Source of the DNA: an uncultured candidate division Zixibacteria bacterium
Lineage (GTDB): Bacteria; Zixibacteria; MSB-5A5; GN15; FEB-12
Length of the DNA stretch: 64,000 bases
Direction of reading: 5' to 3'
NCBI GenBank assembly: GCA_963806185.1
Contig: CAWDXE010000004.1
Coordinates: forward strand, 160,001 to 224,000
Shown in pieces: positions 1 through 10,158 of this stretch. A program made the position numbers and the translations under genes. Numbering within the stretch: position 1 is the stretch's first letter; each line of letters begins with the position of its first letter. The notes below the pieces were generated by a model. The model was not told where the DNA came from. It did no database searches and saw only the letters and a list, made by a program, of their open reading frames with translations.

Positions 1-536
1 TTCAGCGCTCTCTGCCTGGCATCAAGCCGGTCGCCGAATCGAAGTCGGCCGTCGACATCCTGACCGCCATCGCCGACGAAATGGGTCAGCGCCTCTTCGC
101 GACCGATCGCGACTGCGCCGCCGAAACCGCCCGTTTGCTCGAGGTCGGCCCTTATCTGCCGCTCCCGAAAGAGTATCTCGCGATCACCCCGGCCACCGAA
201 CCTGCCGATGCCGACCACCCGTTTGTGCTGGTCGTGGGCGATGACCCGCATCACGCAGGCTACTTGACCGAGAAAGCTACCTCGCTTTCGAATTTCGTCA
301 GCGAAGCGTATGTTGAAATCGCTCCCGCCACCGCCGCCAAACTCGGCGTGAGGGAGAAGGGGATGGTGCGCCTCGAAACCAAAACGGCCAAAATAATCCT
401 TCCGGTGCGCCTATCCGACTACCTTGATAATGACGTTGTCCTCGTGCCGCGCAACTTCGCGGCCGCCCGGGTCAACAGTTTATTGAGTCGCACCAAACGT
501 GTGGATCGGGTCAAAGTTACCCGCATGGACGCCTGA
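1..536 (+). CDS. nuoG: NADH-quinone oxidoreductase subunit G, C-terminal part (5'-truncated by window edge)
   Basis: Frame open from window start; molybdopterin-dinucleotide-binding-type C-terminus (YVEIAPATAAKLGV...VRLET...VVLVP); directly upstream of nuoH. Confidence 0.8.
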   Translation, partial: QRSLPGIKPVAESKSAVDILTAIADEMGQRLFATDRDCAAETARLLEVGPYLPLPKEYLAITPATEPADADHPFVLVVGDDPHHAGYLTEKATSLSNFVSEAYVEIAPATAAKLGVREKGMVRLETKTAKIILPVRLSDYLDNDVVLVPRNFAAARVNSLLSRTKRVDRVKVTRMDA

Positions 537-538
537 GC

Positions 539-1566
539 ATGCTTGAGACAATCATCATATCCTCCATTCAGGTCATATTCGTTATGGTGTGCGTCCTGAC
601 CGGGTGTGCCTGGTCCACCTGGCTCGAACGCAAGGTGGTGGGTCATATGCAGCATCGCTTCGGCCCCACCTATGCCGGCCCTTATGGATTACTGCAGCCC
701 ATTGCCGATGCCGTCAAACTGATTTTTAAAGAAGACATCATTCCCAGCAACGTCGAGCGTATCACCTACGCCCTCGCGCCGATTCTCGCCTTCATCCCGT
801 CGATGCTCTCGTTTGCCGTGATTCCGTTCTCACCGGACTTCACCGTCTTTGGCTACCACTTCAACGGCATGCTCTCCGATCTGAACATCGGCATCCTGTT
901 TGTCTTCGCCGTCACTTCGCTCGGCGTCTACGGCATTATTCTCGCCGGTTGGTCATCGGGATCGAAATACTCTCTGCTCGGCGGCATCCGATCGTCGGCG
1001 CAAATGATTTCCTACGAGATCAGCTACGGCCTCTCGATCATCGGCGTGATCCTGGTGGCCGGCACGCTTTCGATGCGCGAACTGGTGGACATGCAGGACG
1101 GGCACTTCCTCTATGTCATCCCGACTGGTTTCGTCTTCAAGGCAGCCGTTCGGCTTCATCCTCTATTGATCTGTGCGCTATCGCCGAAACCAATCGCGCC
1201 CCCTTCGACCTCCCCGAAGCCGAATCCGAACTCGTCGGTGGTTATCATACCGAGTATTCGTCCATGCGATTCTCGATGTTCTTCATCAGCGAATACGCCA
1301 ACATGCTGGCCGTCGCTTGCGTCGGCACTACCCTGTTTCTCGGCGGATGGCAATCCCCCTTGCCCTGGAACTTGCCGTGGTATTTTTTCGGCGACGGTGT
1401 CCTCTGCTTTCTCGCCAAAGTAGTGCTCTTTATGTTCTGTTATGTCTGGTTGCGCGCCACCTTCCCTCGGTTGCGCTACGACCAGTTGATGAATTTCGGA
1501 TGGAAAGTGCTGTTCCCGTTAGCTATTGCCAACACGCTCATCACCGGTTACTTCGTGTTGCGCTGA
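539..1566 (+). CDS. nuoH: NADH-quinone oxidoreductase subunit H (frameshifted near 1120-1170)
   Basis: [43 protein letters not shown] in ORF 539; [26 protein letters not shown] and PRLRYDQLM in ORF 949-1566. Confidence 0.93.
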
Positions 1567-1593
1567 TCGGATAGGCTGAAGGATAGATGTGTT

Positions 1594-2100
1594 ATGAAAG
1601 AGATTCTTAGAGCGTTCGGCCATGTGATCTGGAAGATGCCGCAAGGCTTCCTGGTGACGCTGAAGTACTTCTTTAAGAAGCCGGTTACGCTGGACTATCC
1701 GAAGAAGAAGAAGCCGATGGCCCCGCGCTATCGCGGCAAACACTACCTCGAACGTTACGACGACGGCACCGAACGCTGCGTTTGCTGCGGTCTGTGTGCC
1801 GCGGCCTGTCCTGCCGACGCCATCTACATGGAACCGTCGGAAAACGAAAAGGGCGAACGCTTCGCCAAAGTGTACGAAATAAATCTCCTGCGGTGCATCT
1901 TCTGCGGCTTCTGCGAGGAAGCCTGCCCCGAGGAAGCGATCTTCCTCGGTCGCGAATACGAATTCTCCGATGACAACCGCAACTCGTTCATTTATACCAA
2001 GGAGCAGATGCTGGTCCCGTACCCGCGCAAGGACAATCCGTTCAAACGGATCTACCGCCGCGTGCGCAAAGTCTACGGTGTGCCGGACGCGACACGATGA
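1594..2100 (+). CDS. nuoI: NADH-quinone oxidoreductase subunit I
   Basis: Two CxxCxxCxxxCP ferredoxin motifs, RYRGKH, operon position. Confidence 0.95.
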   Translation: MKEILRAFGHVIWKMPQGFLVTLKYFFKKPVTLDYPKKKKPMAPRYRGKHYLERYDDGTERCVCCGLCAAACPADAIYMEPSENEKGERFAKVYEINLLRCIFCGFCEEACPEEAIFLGREYEFSDDNRNSFIYTKEQMLVPYPRKDNPFKRIYRRVRKVYGVPDATR

Positions 2101-2684
2101 CACTCGACGTTGTCATATTCTTCATCTCGGCTGTGGTGGCCGTTTTCGGCGCGACTATGATGATCGCCCAGCGCAATCCGGTCGCCTCCGTGCTCTACCT
2201 GATCCTCTCCCTGGTGGCTCAGGCCGTCTGTTACGTTCAGCTTGGCGCCCTCTTTCTCGGCTCCCTGCTCGTTATCGTCTACGCCGGCGCCATCATGGTG
2301 TTGTTCTTGTTTGTCATCATGCTGCTCAACCTGCGCGGCTCGGAGGATTTGGGCAAGCCCTCTTCGCGGCTCGGCCGTTTCACCAAGGTGATCGTCGCGA
2401 TTCTCCTTGTCGTCGAACTGCTCTTCGTCGTGAAGAGCGTGGTGCTACCGGTGGTCCCCACCGGCATCATGGTCGCTCCCTCCGAGTTCGGCTCCGTCCC
2501 GTCAGTATCGAGACTGCTCTTTACGAAATATTTGTATCCGTTCCAGCTGACCGGCATCTTGCTCTTGATCGCCGTCGTCGGCGCCGTGGTGATCGCCCGC
2601 AAGGATCGCGATGATGACCACCTGGACGAGGAACACAAGCCGGAAGCGGTCGACGTTGACACCCCCACGAAGGCGGTGAGGTAG
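2097..2684 (+). CDS. nuoJ: NADH-quinone oxidoreductase subunit J
   Basis: VYAGAIMVLFLFVIMLL motif; ATGA overlap with nuoI. Confidence 0.95.
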   Translation: MTLDVVIFFISAVVAVFGATMMIAQRNPVASVLYLILSLVAQAVCYVQLGALFLGSLLVIVYAGAIMVLFLFVIMLLNLRGSEDLGKPSSRLGRFTKVIVAILLVVELLFVVKSVVLPVVPTGIMVAPSEFGSVPSVSRLLFTKYLYPFQLTGILLLIAVVGAVVIARKDRDDDHLDEEHKPEAVDVDTPTKAVR

Positions 2685-2687
2685 GCT

Positions 2688-2990
2688 ATGGTACCTGTCT
2701 CGGCATACTTGATTCTCGCCATCGTCCTCTTCGGCATCGGCACCATCGGTGTCATGATCTCGCGAAACATGATCGTCCTGTTCATGGCGATTGAACTGAT
2801 GCTCAACGCCGCCAATCTGGCCCTGATCGCTTTCTCGCGCGCGATTGGCAACATGGATGGCCAGGTGTTTGTCTTTCTGGTCCTGACGGTCGCCGCCGCC
2901 GAGGCCGCCGTCGGTCTGGCGATGATTATTACGATTTATCGCAACCGGGACTCGATCAATATCGACCGGTTCAGCATGATGAAATGGTAG
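2688..2990 (+). CDS. nuoK: NADH-quinone oxidoreductase subunit K
   Basis: [10 protein letters not shown] and [11 protein letters not shown] motifs, 100 aa. Confidence 0.96.
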   Translation: MVPVSAYLILAIVLFGIGTIGVMISRNMIVLFMAIELMLNAANLALIAFSRAIGNMDGQVFVFLVLTVAAAEAAVGLAMIITIYRNRDSINIDRFSMMKW

Positions 2991-3000
2991 GAAAGGTCTG

Positions 3001-4948
3001 ATGTCCGAGTATCTGTTTCTCATCCCGCTGCTGCCGCTGATCGGCTTCGTGATCAACGGCCTTCTGCTTGGGACGTCTCCCCAAAACGCTGGTCTCGCTG
3101 ATCGCCTGCGGTACGGTTGGCCTGTCCTTCGTACTCTCAGTCATGCTCTTCTTCCAGCTTAAGGCGATGCCGGTCACCGAGCGCGTCATCACTCAGATCC
3201 TCTGTACCTGGATTCCCTCCGGCTCGTTTAACGTCAACATCGGCTTCATGCTCGACCCGCTCTCGGCGGTCATGATCCTGGTCGTCACCGGTGTCGGCTT
3301 CCTGATTCACGTCTATTCCGTCGGCTACATGGCGCACGATCACGGCTACGGCCGCTACTTCGCGTATCTGAATTTGTTCACCTTCTCCATGCTCACGCTC
3401 GTGCTCGCCGACAACTATCTTCTCATGTTTGTCGGCTGGGAAGGAGTGGGACTCTGCTCGTATCTTCTGATCGGCTTCTGGTTCGAAAAGAAGTCAGCCT
3501 CCGACGCCGGGAAGAAGGCGTTCATCGTCAACCGGATCGGCGACTTCGGCTTCCTGCATCGGCCTTGTTCATCATCTTCTGGCAAGTCGGCTCGCTCGAT
3601 TTCCGCACCGTCATGGACCACGCCCCCACCGCCTTTGCCGCCGGTGGCGGCCTCATCACCGCCGCCTGCTTGCTCCTCTTCCTCGGCGCGACCGGCAAGT
3701 CGGCCCAGATTCCGCTGTATGTCTGGCTGCCCGATGCCATGGAAGGCCCCACGCCGGTCTCCGCACTCATCCATGCCGCCACCATGGTCACCGCCGGCGT
3801 TTACATGATCGCTCGTTCCAGTGTGCTGTACATGATGGCCCCCGACGCCCTTCTGGTTGTCGCCGGTCATCGGCGCCGCCACCGCCCTGTTTGCCGCCAC
3901 TATCGGCCTGGCCCAAAATGATATCAAGCGCGTGCTGGCCTATTCAACCATCAGCCAGCTCGGCTATATGTTTCTCGCCTGCGGTGTGGCGTCCTTCACG
4001 GCCGGCATTTTCCATCTGATGACCCACGCCTTCTTCAAGGCGCTTCTCTTCCTCGGCGCCGGGTCGGTCATCCATGCCATGTCCAGCGAACAGGATATGC
4101 GCAAGATGGGCGGCCTGAAAAAACATCTCCCGATCACCTATACGACCATGCTGGTTGCCACGCTGGCGATCGCCGGTATCCCCGGCTTCTCCGGCTTCTT
4201 CTCCAAGGATGAAATCCTCTGGAAAGCCTTCTCGTCGGCTCACGGCTCGGTCCTCCTCTGGCTCGTCGGGGCCGTTACCGCCGGTCTCACTGCCTTCTAT
4301 ATGTTCCGCCTGATCTACATGACTTTCCACGGCACCGAGCGGATGGACAAACACACCAAAGAGCATATCCACGAATCACCCCGGTCCATGACCGTACCGC
4401 TCATGGTCCTTGCCGTCCTCTCGGTCATTGGCGGCTGGATCGGCATCCCTCACGTGCTGGGTTTCCCCAACCTCTTCGAGGAATGGCTCGCGCCCGCCAT
4501 TGCCGGTGGTTCCGCTTTGCACGGTACCGAGGAAGCCCGTGCCGCTATGAGCGGGGGAGAGGCCGGACTCGAACTTTCGCTCATGCTGATTTCGATCATC
4601 ATCGCCGTCGTCGGCTGGCTCGGCGCCCGCTACTATTATTCGAAACATCCCGAGGCCGCCACCAAACTGGCCGAGCGCTTCTCCGGCTTCCGCAATCTGC
4701 TGGTTCATAAATATTACGTCGATGAAATCTACGGCGCCGTCATTGTGCGCCCGCTCGTCTACTTCTCGGTCTTTCTCTGGAAGATATTCGACGTGCTCAT
4801 CATCGACGGTCTCATTAACGGCGTCGCCGTCCTGTGGCGCGAAATTTCGGACACACTACGTTACGTCCAGTCCGGCCGGGTGCGCGGGTACGCCACCGTC
4901 TTCGTGCTGGGTGTCGTTGTTCTCGTGGCCTATATGGTCACCAGGTAA
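3001..4948 (+). CDS. nuoL: NADH-quinone oxidoreductase subunit L (frameshifts near 3070, 3560, 3865)
   Basis: ATG at 3001 ([16 protein letters not shown]); [65 protein letters not shown] spread across successive frames. Confidence 0.93.
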
Positions 4949-4951
4949 GGT

Positions 4952-6537
4952 ATGGGCATTGATATTCTGACATTAGTGACGTTTTTCCCGCTGGTCGGCG
5001 TGGTCCTTCTCCTCTTCGTCCCCAGCCGCCAGACCGACACGATCAAGGGCGTGGCACTGATCATCTCCTTCATCACCATGCTCGTCTCGTTTGCCCTGTA
5101 CTATCTGTTTGATCCTCTTGCCAGTGGCATGCAGTTCGAGCGCGTGATCCCCTGGGTCAGCTCGTTCGGCATCAACTACCATATGGGCATCGACGGCATC
5201 TCACTGCTGCTGATCGTCCTGACCACCGTCCTTTCCGTTCTGTGCGTGATCGCCTCCTGGAACAGCATCACCGTCAACGTGAAGGGGTATTTCATTTCGA
5301 TGCTCCTCCTCACGACCGGCATGATCGGCGTCTTCTGCGCCCTCGACTTGTTCCTCTTCTACGTCTTCTGGGAAGTGATGCTGGTCCCGATGTATTTCCT
5401 CATCGGGATCTGGGGCGGCCCGCGTCGCGTCTATGCCGCCATCAAGTTTGTGCTCTTTACGATGTTCGGCTCGCTGCTGATGCTGGTCGCCATCCTCTGG
5501 CTCTACTTCAACAATCAGGCCGCCTCGGGCGAATACACCTTTGACCTTCTGCAGCATCATGCAAACGCCCATTCCGCCCGGCGCCCAGCTCTGGCTGTTC
5601 GGCGCCTTTGGCCTGGCCTTTGCCATCAAGGTGCCGCTCTGGCCGTTCCATACCTGGCTGCCCGATGCCCACGTTCAGGCACCGACGGCCGGCTCCGTCA
5701 TTCTGGCCGGCGTCCTGCTGAAGATGGGCACGTACGGTTTCCTCCGCATCTGCCTGCCGCTGTTCCCGGATGCCACCATCACCTTCATGCCGTACATCTC
5801 GGTTCTGGCTGTGATCGCGATCATCTATGGCGCGCTGGTCGCGATGGTCCAGAAGGACATCAAGTCGCTGGTCGCCTTTTCGTCGGTCTCGCATATGGGC
5901 TTTGTCATGCTCGGTATGTTCGCCCTCAACCTTCAGGGCCTGCAGGGCTCGGTTCTTCAGATGATTAACCACGGCGTCTCGACCGGTGCGCTCTTCTTTA
6001 TGGTGGGCATGATCTACGACCGCCGGCACACGCGCATGATCGAGGACTTCGGCGGCATCGCCAAAGTGATGCCGATCTATTCCGCCTTCTTCATGATCGT
6101 CACCCTGTCGTCGATCGGCCTGCCGTTTACCAACGGTTTCGTCGGTGAATTCCTGATCCTGCTCGGAACCTTCAAGGCCAACACCTGGTACGCCGTCTTC
6201 GCGGCCACCGGCGTCATTCTGGCCGCCGGCTATATGCTCTGGATGTACCAGCGGGTGATCTTCGGCAAGGTCACCAAACCGGAAAACGAAAAACTCGATG
6301 ATATCGGCTGGCGCGAACGCGGCATCCTGGTCCCGCTCGTCATTCTCATTTTCTGGATCGGTATTTATCCGAAGCCGCTGCTGACTCGGATCGAACCGGC
6401 CGTGAAGCAGGTTCTGACTCAGGTAGCACAGGCCAAAAACGCCCATCTCGACAGCCAGTTCCAGATCAGAATGGCCAATGAAATTCCGGTCGCACGACTC
6501 CCTGCAGTTGCGGGTGGAGAAGGAGGCCGGCAAATGA
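4952..6537 (+). CDS. nuoM: NADH-quinone oxidoreductase subunit M (frameshift near 5555; true stop probably TGA 6535-6537)
   Basis: [41 protein letters not shown]; 3' end inferred from the ATGA overlap with the next gene and is uncertain. Confidence 0.9.
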
Positions 6538-6755
6538 GCAATGTTACCATCTACACCAAGGACGGCTGCCCCTATTGCGCGGCGGCTAAGAAGCACTATA
6601 CGGATTTGGGCAAGCCCTTCACGGAAATTAACGTGCACCGCACGGCCGGCGCCAAAGAGAAGCTGCTCGCTCTGTCGGGCGGCCAGAGCATTGTGCCGGT
6701 GATTGTTGAGGACGGCCGCGTTCTGGTCGGCTTCGGCGGCGGTTGAGGAATTTAG
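6534..6755 (+). CDS. Glutaredoxin-like selenoprotein candidate (Uxx-star type; CPYC ... GFGGG-U-G-I-stop)
   Basis: AGGAGG RBS before ATG 6534; thioredoxin-fold [15 protein letters not shown]...[12 protein letters not shown] 6744-6746 followed by GGA ATT TAG and a SECIS-like hairpin. Confidence 0.82.
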
Positions 6756-6760
6756 TATGA

Positions 6761-6778
6761 CGGCGACGGTCGTCGCCG
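6761..6778 (+). promoter_or_regulatory. Putative bacterial SECIS element
   Basis: Perfect 7-bp stem CGGCGAC/GTCGCCG with a GGTC loop starting 21 nt after the in-frame TGA; no U-tract, so not a terminator. Confidence 0.7.
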
Positions 6779-6788
6779 AACCAAAATT

Positions 6789-8240
6789 ATGACTGACTAC
6801 ACTACTGCTCTCTCAGTTGACATCGGCCTGGTGCTGCCCCAGGTGGTTCTCCTTGTCGCCGCCTCGCTCATCATGATCTTCATTGCCTCCGTCCGGTTCC
6901 AGCGCCTCGCCCCGTATATCGCCATCGCCGCCTTCGGTGTCGCCTTTGGCCTGTCCGTCGCCGAGTGGAACTACCCCAGCGCCGGTTTCGCCGGCATGGT
7001 CACTGTCGACAACTTCGGCGTCATGTTCAACCTGATCTTTATCGCCGGTTCGCTCCTCTCACTCCTGCTCGCCTTCCGCTTCCTCCATGTGAAAGGTCTC
7101 GAGAAACCGGAATTCTACGTTCTCTTGCTCGTCTCTACGCTCGGCATGACGGTCATGGCCAATACCTGCGATCTGGTGGTCATGTTTCTCGGCCTCGAAA
7201 TCATGTCCGTGCCTTTGTACGTCATGGCCGGCCTGAATCGACGTTCGCTCGAATCTAATGAGGCCGGCATCAAGTATTTCATCATGGGTGCTTTTGCGAC
7301 CGCTTTCCTTCTTATGGGTATTGCCTTCATCTATGGCGCCGCACAGACGACTGATCTTCGCCGCCTGGTCGCCGACTTCAATTACATTCAGGACACCTAC
7401 AAGATCTATCTCTATGCCGGTGTCGCCTTCATCCTGGTTGGTTTCGGCTTCAAGATCGCCGCCGTGCCCTTTCATACCTGGGTTCCCGACGTCTACACCG
7501 GCGCTCCGACGCCTGTCACCGCCTTCTTCTCGGTCGGCCCCAAGGCGGCCGGTTTCGCGGTCATGCTGCGGATCTTTACGTTCGGCTTCGGTCAGCTTGA
7601 AATCGTCTCACAGGTGCTCTGGGTCATCGCCGTGCTCACCATGACCGTCGGCAATATCCTCGCCCTCCGCCAGGACAACGTGAAACGGATGCTCGCCTAT
7701 TCCTCGATCGCCCACGCCGGTTATATCCTGGTCGCGCTCACCGTGCGCAGCAGCGACGCTGTCTCGGCCGCTATCTTTTACCTGATTGCCTACACGCTCT
7801 TCAACCTCGGTGCCTTCGCCGTTCTCGTCGCTCTCGAGACCCGCTCCGGCATGAAATCGGAATTCTCTGAACTGAGCGGCATGGCCAAGGCCAGTCCCTA
7901 CCTTACGGCCGTCCTCGCCCTGTTCATGTTCGCCCTGGCCGGCTTCCCGCCGACCATCGGCTTCGTCGGGAAATTCTATGTCTTCTCCGCTGCCGTCAAA
8001 TCCGGGTTTTTATGGTTGACTGTCATCGGCGTTCTCAATTCATTCGTGTCGGTTTACTATTATCTGCGGGTCATCAAGACCACGTACTTTGACCAGTACG
8101 ATGGCCAGGCTGTCCCAGCGACCGTTTCGCCGGCCCTCTTTGTAGTCCTCGTCGTGACTGTCGCCGGCACACTCGGCCTCGGCTTGTTCCCGCAGCAATT
8201 GTTGGATCTGTCGCGCGCCGCTATCTTCGCCTTCCTGTAA
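6789..8240 (+). CDS. nuoN: NADH-quinone oxidoreductase subunit N
   Basis: EAGIKYFIMGA, FKIAAVPFHTWVPDVYTGAP, KRMLAYSSIAHAGY. Confidence 0.95.
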   Translation: MTDYTTALSVDIGLVLPQVVLLVAASLIMIFIASVRFQRLAPYIAIAAFGVAFGLSVAEWNYPSAGFAGMVTVDNFGVMFNLIFIAGSLLSLLLAFRFLHVKGLEKPEFYVLLLVSTLGMTVMANTCDLVVMFLGLEIMSVPLYVMAGLNRRSLESNEAGIKYFIMGAFATAFLLMGIAFIYGAAQTTDLRRLVADFNYIQDTYKIYLYAGVAFILVGFGFKIAAVPFHTWVPDVYTGAPTPVTAFFSVGPKAAGFAVMLRIFTFGFGQLEIVSQVLWVIAVLTMTVGNILALRQDNVKRMLAYSSIAHAGYILVALTVRSSDAVSAAIFYLIAYTLFNLGAFAVLVALETRSGMKSEFSELSGMAKASPYLTAVLALFMFALAGFPPTIGFVGKFYVFSAAVKSGFLWLTVIGVLNSFVSVYYYLRVIKTTYFDQYDGQAVPATVSPALFVVLVVTVAGTLGLGLFPQQLLDLSRAAIFAFL

Positions 8241-8306
8241 GCCGCTGATCGGCCCGCGACCATCGCGCTGGCCGAACCTCTGCCCGCGCCAAAGGAGTGC
8301 TGTTTC

Positions 8307-8837
8307 ATGATCACCAAGGGATCGATGCGCGTTCTCATTTTCTTCCTCATCACCGGTATTCTGCTCAGTGTCGCGCTCATGGTCCAGTCTGAAACACCCA
8401 AGAAACCGGCCATTGAGAAAATCAAACTCTCTCAATTCGGCTGGCTCTCCGGCTCCTGGCGCATGGACTCCGGCTCTGAAATTCTCTATGAAATCTGGGA
8501 CTGCACCGACACCGCCGTCTATCGCGGAACCGGTCTCTCCGTAAAAATAGATCGTGCCACGCTGGCGCGCGACTCATCGCTCGGCGAACTCATGCGTCTG
8601 GAACCGACTGACTCCGGATTGTTCTTCGTCGCCATGGTTCAGCACAACGCTTCAGAAGTAGGCTTCAAGCTGGTCCGCATGGACAGCACCGGCGCCGTCT
8701 TTGAGAACCCCTCGCACGATTTCCCAACCCGCGTGATCTACAAACCGCTGGGCAACGACTCTCTATACGCCCGAGTCGAGGGCCGCCGTGGCGACAAAGA
8801 GGTCGGCCTCGATTTCCGCTACGCCCGCATGAACTGA
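8307..8837 (+). CDS. Exported protein, DUF6265-like
   Basis: N-terminal signal/TM segment; WLSGSW, FENPSHDFPTRVIY motifs; AAGGAG RBS. Confidence 0.65.
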   Translation: MITKGSMRVLIFFLITGILLSVALMVQSETPKKPAIEKIKLSQFGWLSGSWRMDSGSEILYEIWDCTDTAVYRGTGLSVKIDRATLARDSSLGELMRLEPTDSGLFFVAMVQHNASEVGFKLVRMDSTGAVFENPSHDFPTRVIYKPLGNDSLYARVEGRRGDKEVGLDFRYARMN

Positions 8838-8873
8838 CTCGGCAGTTCTGCCGCATTGTCGGGACGTTCTGTT

Positions 8874-9193
8874 GGTCGGGTTCCGTAGCGAGCCTCAGCT
8901 TGCCCAGAAACCAGACACCTCTTCTGTTCCACTCATTGCGAGGAGCGCAGCGACGAAGCGACCTCAAAACTCTCTTGATCCACGACGCAGCCGTCATCGA
9001 ATTTCTTCTACAATGACACGGCCGTCGCACTGAGCGAAGTCGAAGTGTGACGTTCTCCAAACCCCGCCGCCTCGAGCGTAGACGAGAGGCGCTATACATC
9101 CGTCGCGTCAGATCCTGCGCCGAGTCCTCGAGGCGTGTGACCTGACGCTTTTTTCTCATCCCCTCACCCTTCGGAAGGGAGCCAGGGTGAGGG
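8874..9193. repeat. Cluster of REP-like palindromic elements
   Basis: Intergenic hairpins (CCCTCACCCT...AGGGTGAGGG 9161-9193; CATTGCGAGGAGCGCAGCGACGAAGC; CACTGAGCGAAGTCGAAGTG) and segments homologous to 24669-24995. Confidence 0.7.
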
Positions 9194-9226
9194 CGAATAA
9201 GGAAGAAGGACAGGCCTTGTGCTTGC

Positions 9227-10153
9227 CTACGGCGTTACCGGCACCCGAAACGCAAACACATGACTTCCCGTGTAGAAAAACTCCGTGTCATGAAACGTAT
9301 CCAGCAGCACAATATTCCAGATCCGCGGATTCACCGTCGGTGTCCTGATCGTGTCAACTGAGTTGTTCCGGTCAATCCGAATCATATTCCGCGAAAAATT
9401 GCCGTTCTCATCTGCGGCCGAAATACGCACCAGCGGCCGCTTCACCGTGCCGGAGAATTTTGACTTCGCCGCGATCGCCAGATCCTCACCATCAGTTATC
9501 ACGGGAATCTCATCGTACTGAAGATAAGTAGCGCCACCGAACGTATACGACGAATCGGCCGTGAAATCTGCGTTTGCAGAGCGGATCTGATGATAAATAT
9601 CCCCATCCCCCGGAAAACTCGTCCCCCCGGCCGGATCGACCGTTACAAATATAGATGTGGATCCTCCGCCGTTGTACCCCCACAGATACCACCCCTTATA
9701 GAGGTCACCGGATCCACCCAGGCGCAGCAGGAATGCATATCGCGTAATATCGCGATCCGTCGTATCCACAATCGTCGTGTCAGAGTATACCCTTCGCGTC
9801 TGGATGGTGAATTCATCGGTCACCGTCGCCGTTGCTTCCGTCTGCGATCCGCGCGGGTACCAGTAGTACACCCGCTTTGAGTTGATCGCCACGTCGATTG
9901 TCCGCCGATGGCTGAGCATCGAATCGCGGCACGTCCCGTCGTCATACGGCACCGTGTAATCCGTCGGAATCACCAGGCTGTCCCAACGGAACAGATCACG
10001 CCCCATTTCCGACTTCGTCAAGAGCGACTTGATTTCGTCGACGTCGGTGGTGAACGGCGTGTCCTTCTCCTTGCATCCGCCATAGACCAGCGCCAAAACG
10101 ACCAACAGCCATAGTGCCCGGTGTCTCTTTGCCATTTGCATCACCCTCTTCAT
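9227..10153 (-). CDS. Hypothetical lipoprotein
   Basis: Basic N-terminus, hydrophobic stretch, lipobox-like VYGGC; directly downstream of uvrB. Confidence 0.7.
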   Translation of the reverse strand: MKRVMQMAKRHRALWLLVVLALVYGGCKEKDTPFTTDVDEIKSLLTKSEMGRDLFRWDSLVIPTDYTVPYDDGTCRDSMLSHRRTIDVAINSKRVYYWYPRGSQTEATATVTDEFTIQTRRVYSDTTIVDTTDRDITRYAFLLRLGGSGDLYKGWYLWGYNGGGSTSIFVTVDPAGGTSFPGDGDIYHQIRSANADFTADSSYTFGGATYLQYDEIPVITDGEDLAIAAKSKFSGTVKRPLVRISAADENGNFSRNMIRIDRNNSVDTIRTPTVNPRIWNIVLLDTFHDTEFFYTGSHVFAFRVPVTP

Positions 10154-10158
10154 CTGTC

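Noticed and set aside
539..6537. Pseudogenisation or programmed frameshifting of nuoH, nuoL and nuoM
   Set aside because: Motifs are intact on both sides of each break, with no slippery sequences or nonsense decay; essential lpxD shows the same defect.
5541..6746. Apparent NuoM-glutaredoxin fusion in the ORF track
   Set aside because: An internal AGGAGG plus ATGA overlap at 6534-6537 indicates two coupled genes; one extra base in the nuoM tail, the error type seen nearby, would create the fusion. Not fully excluded without reads.
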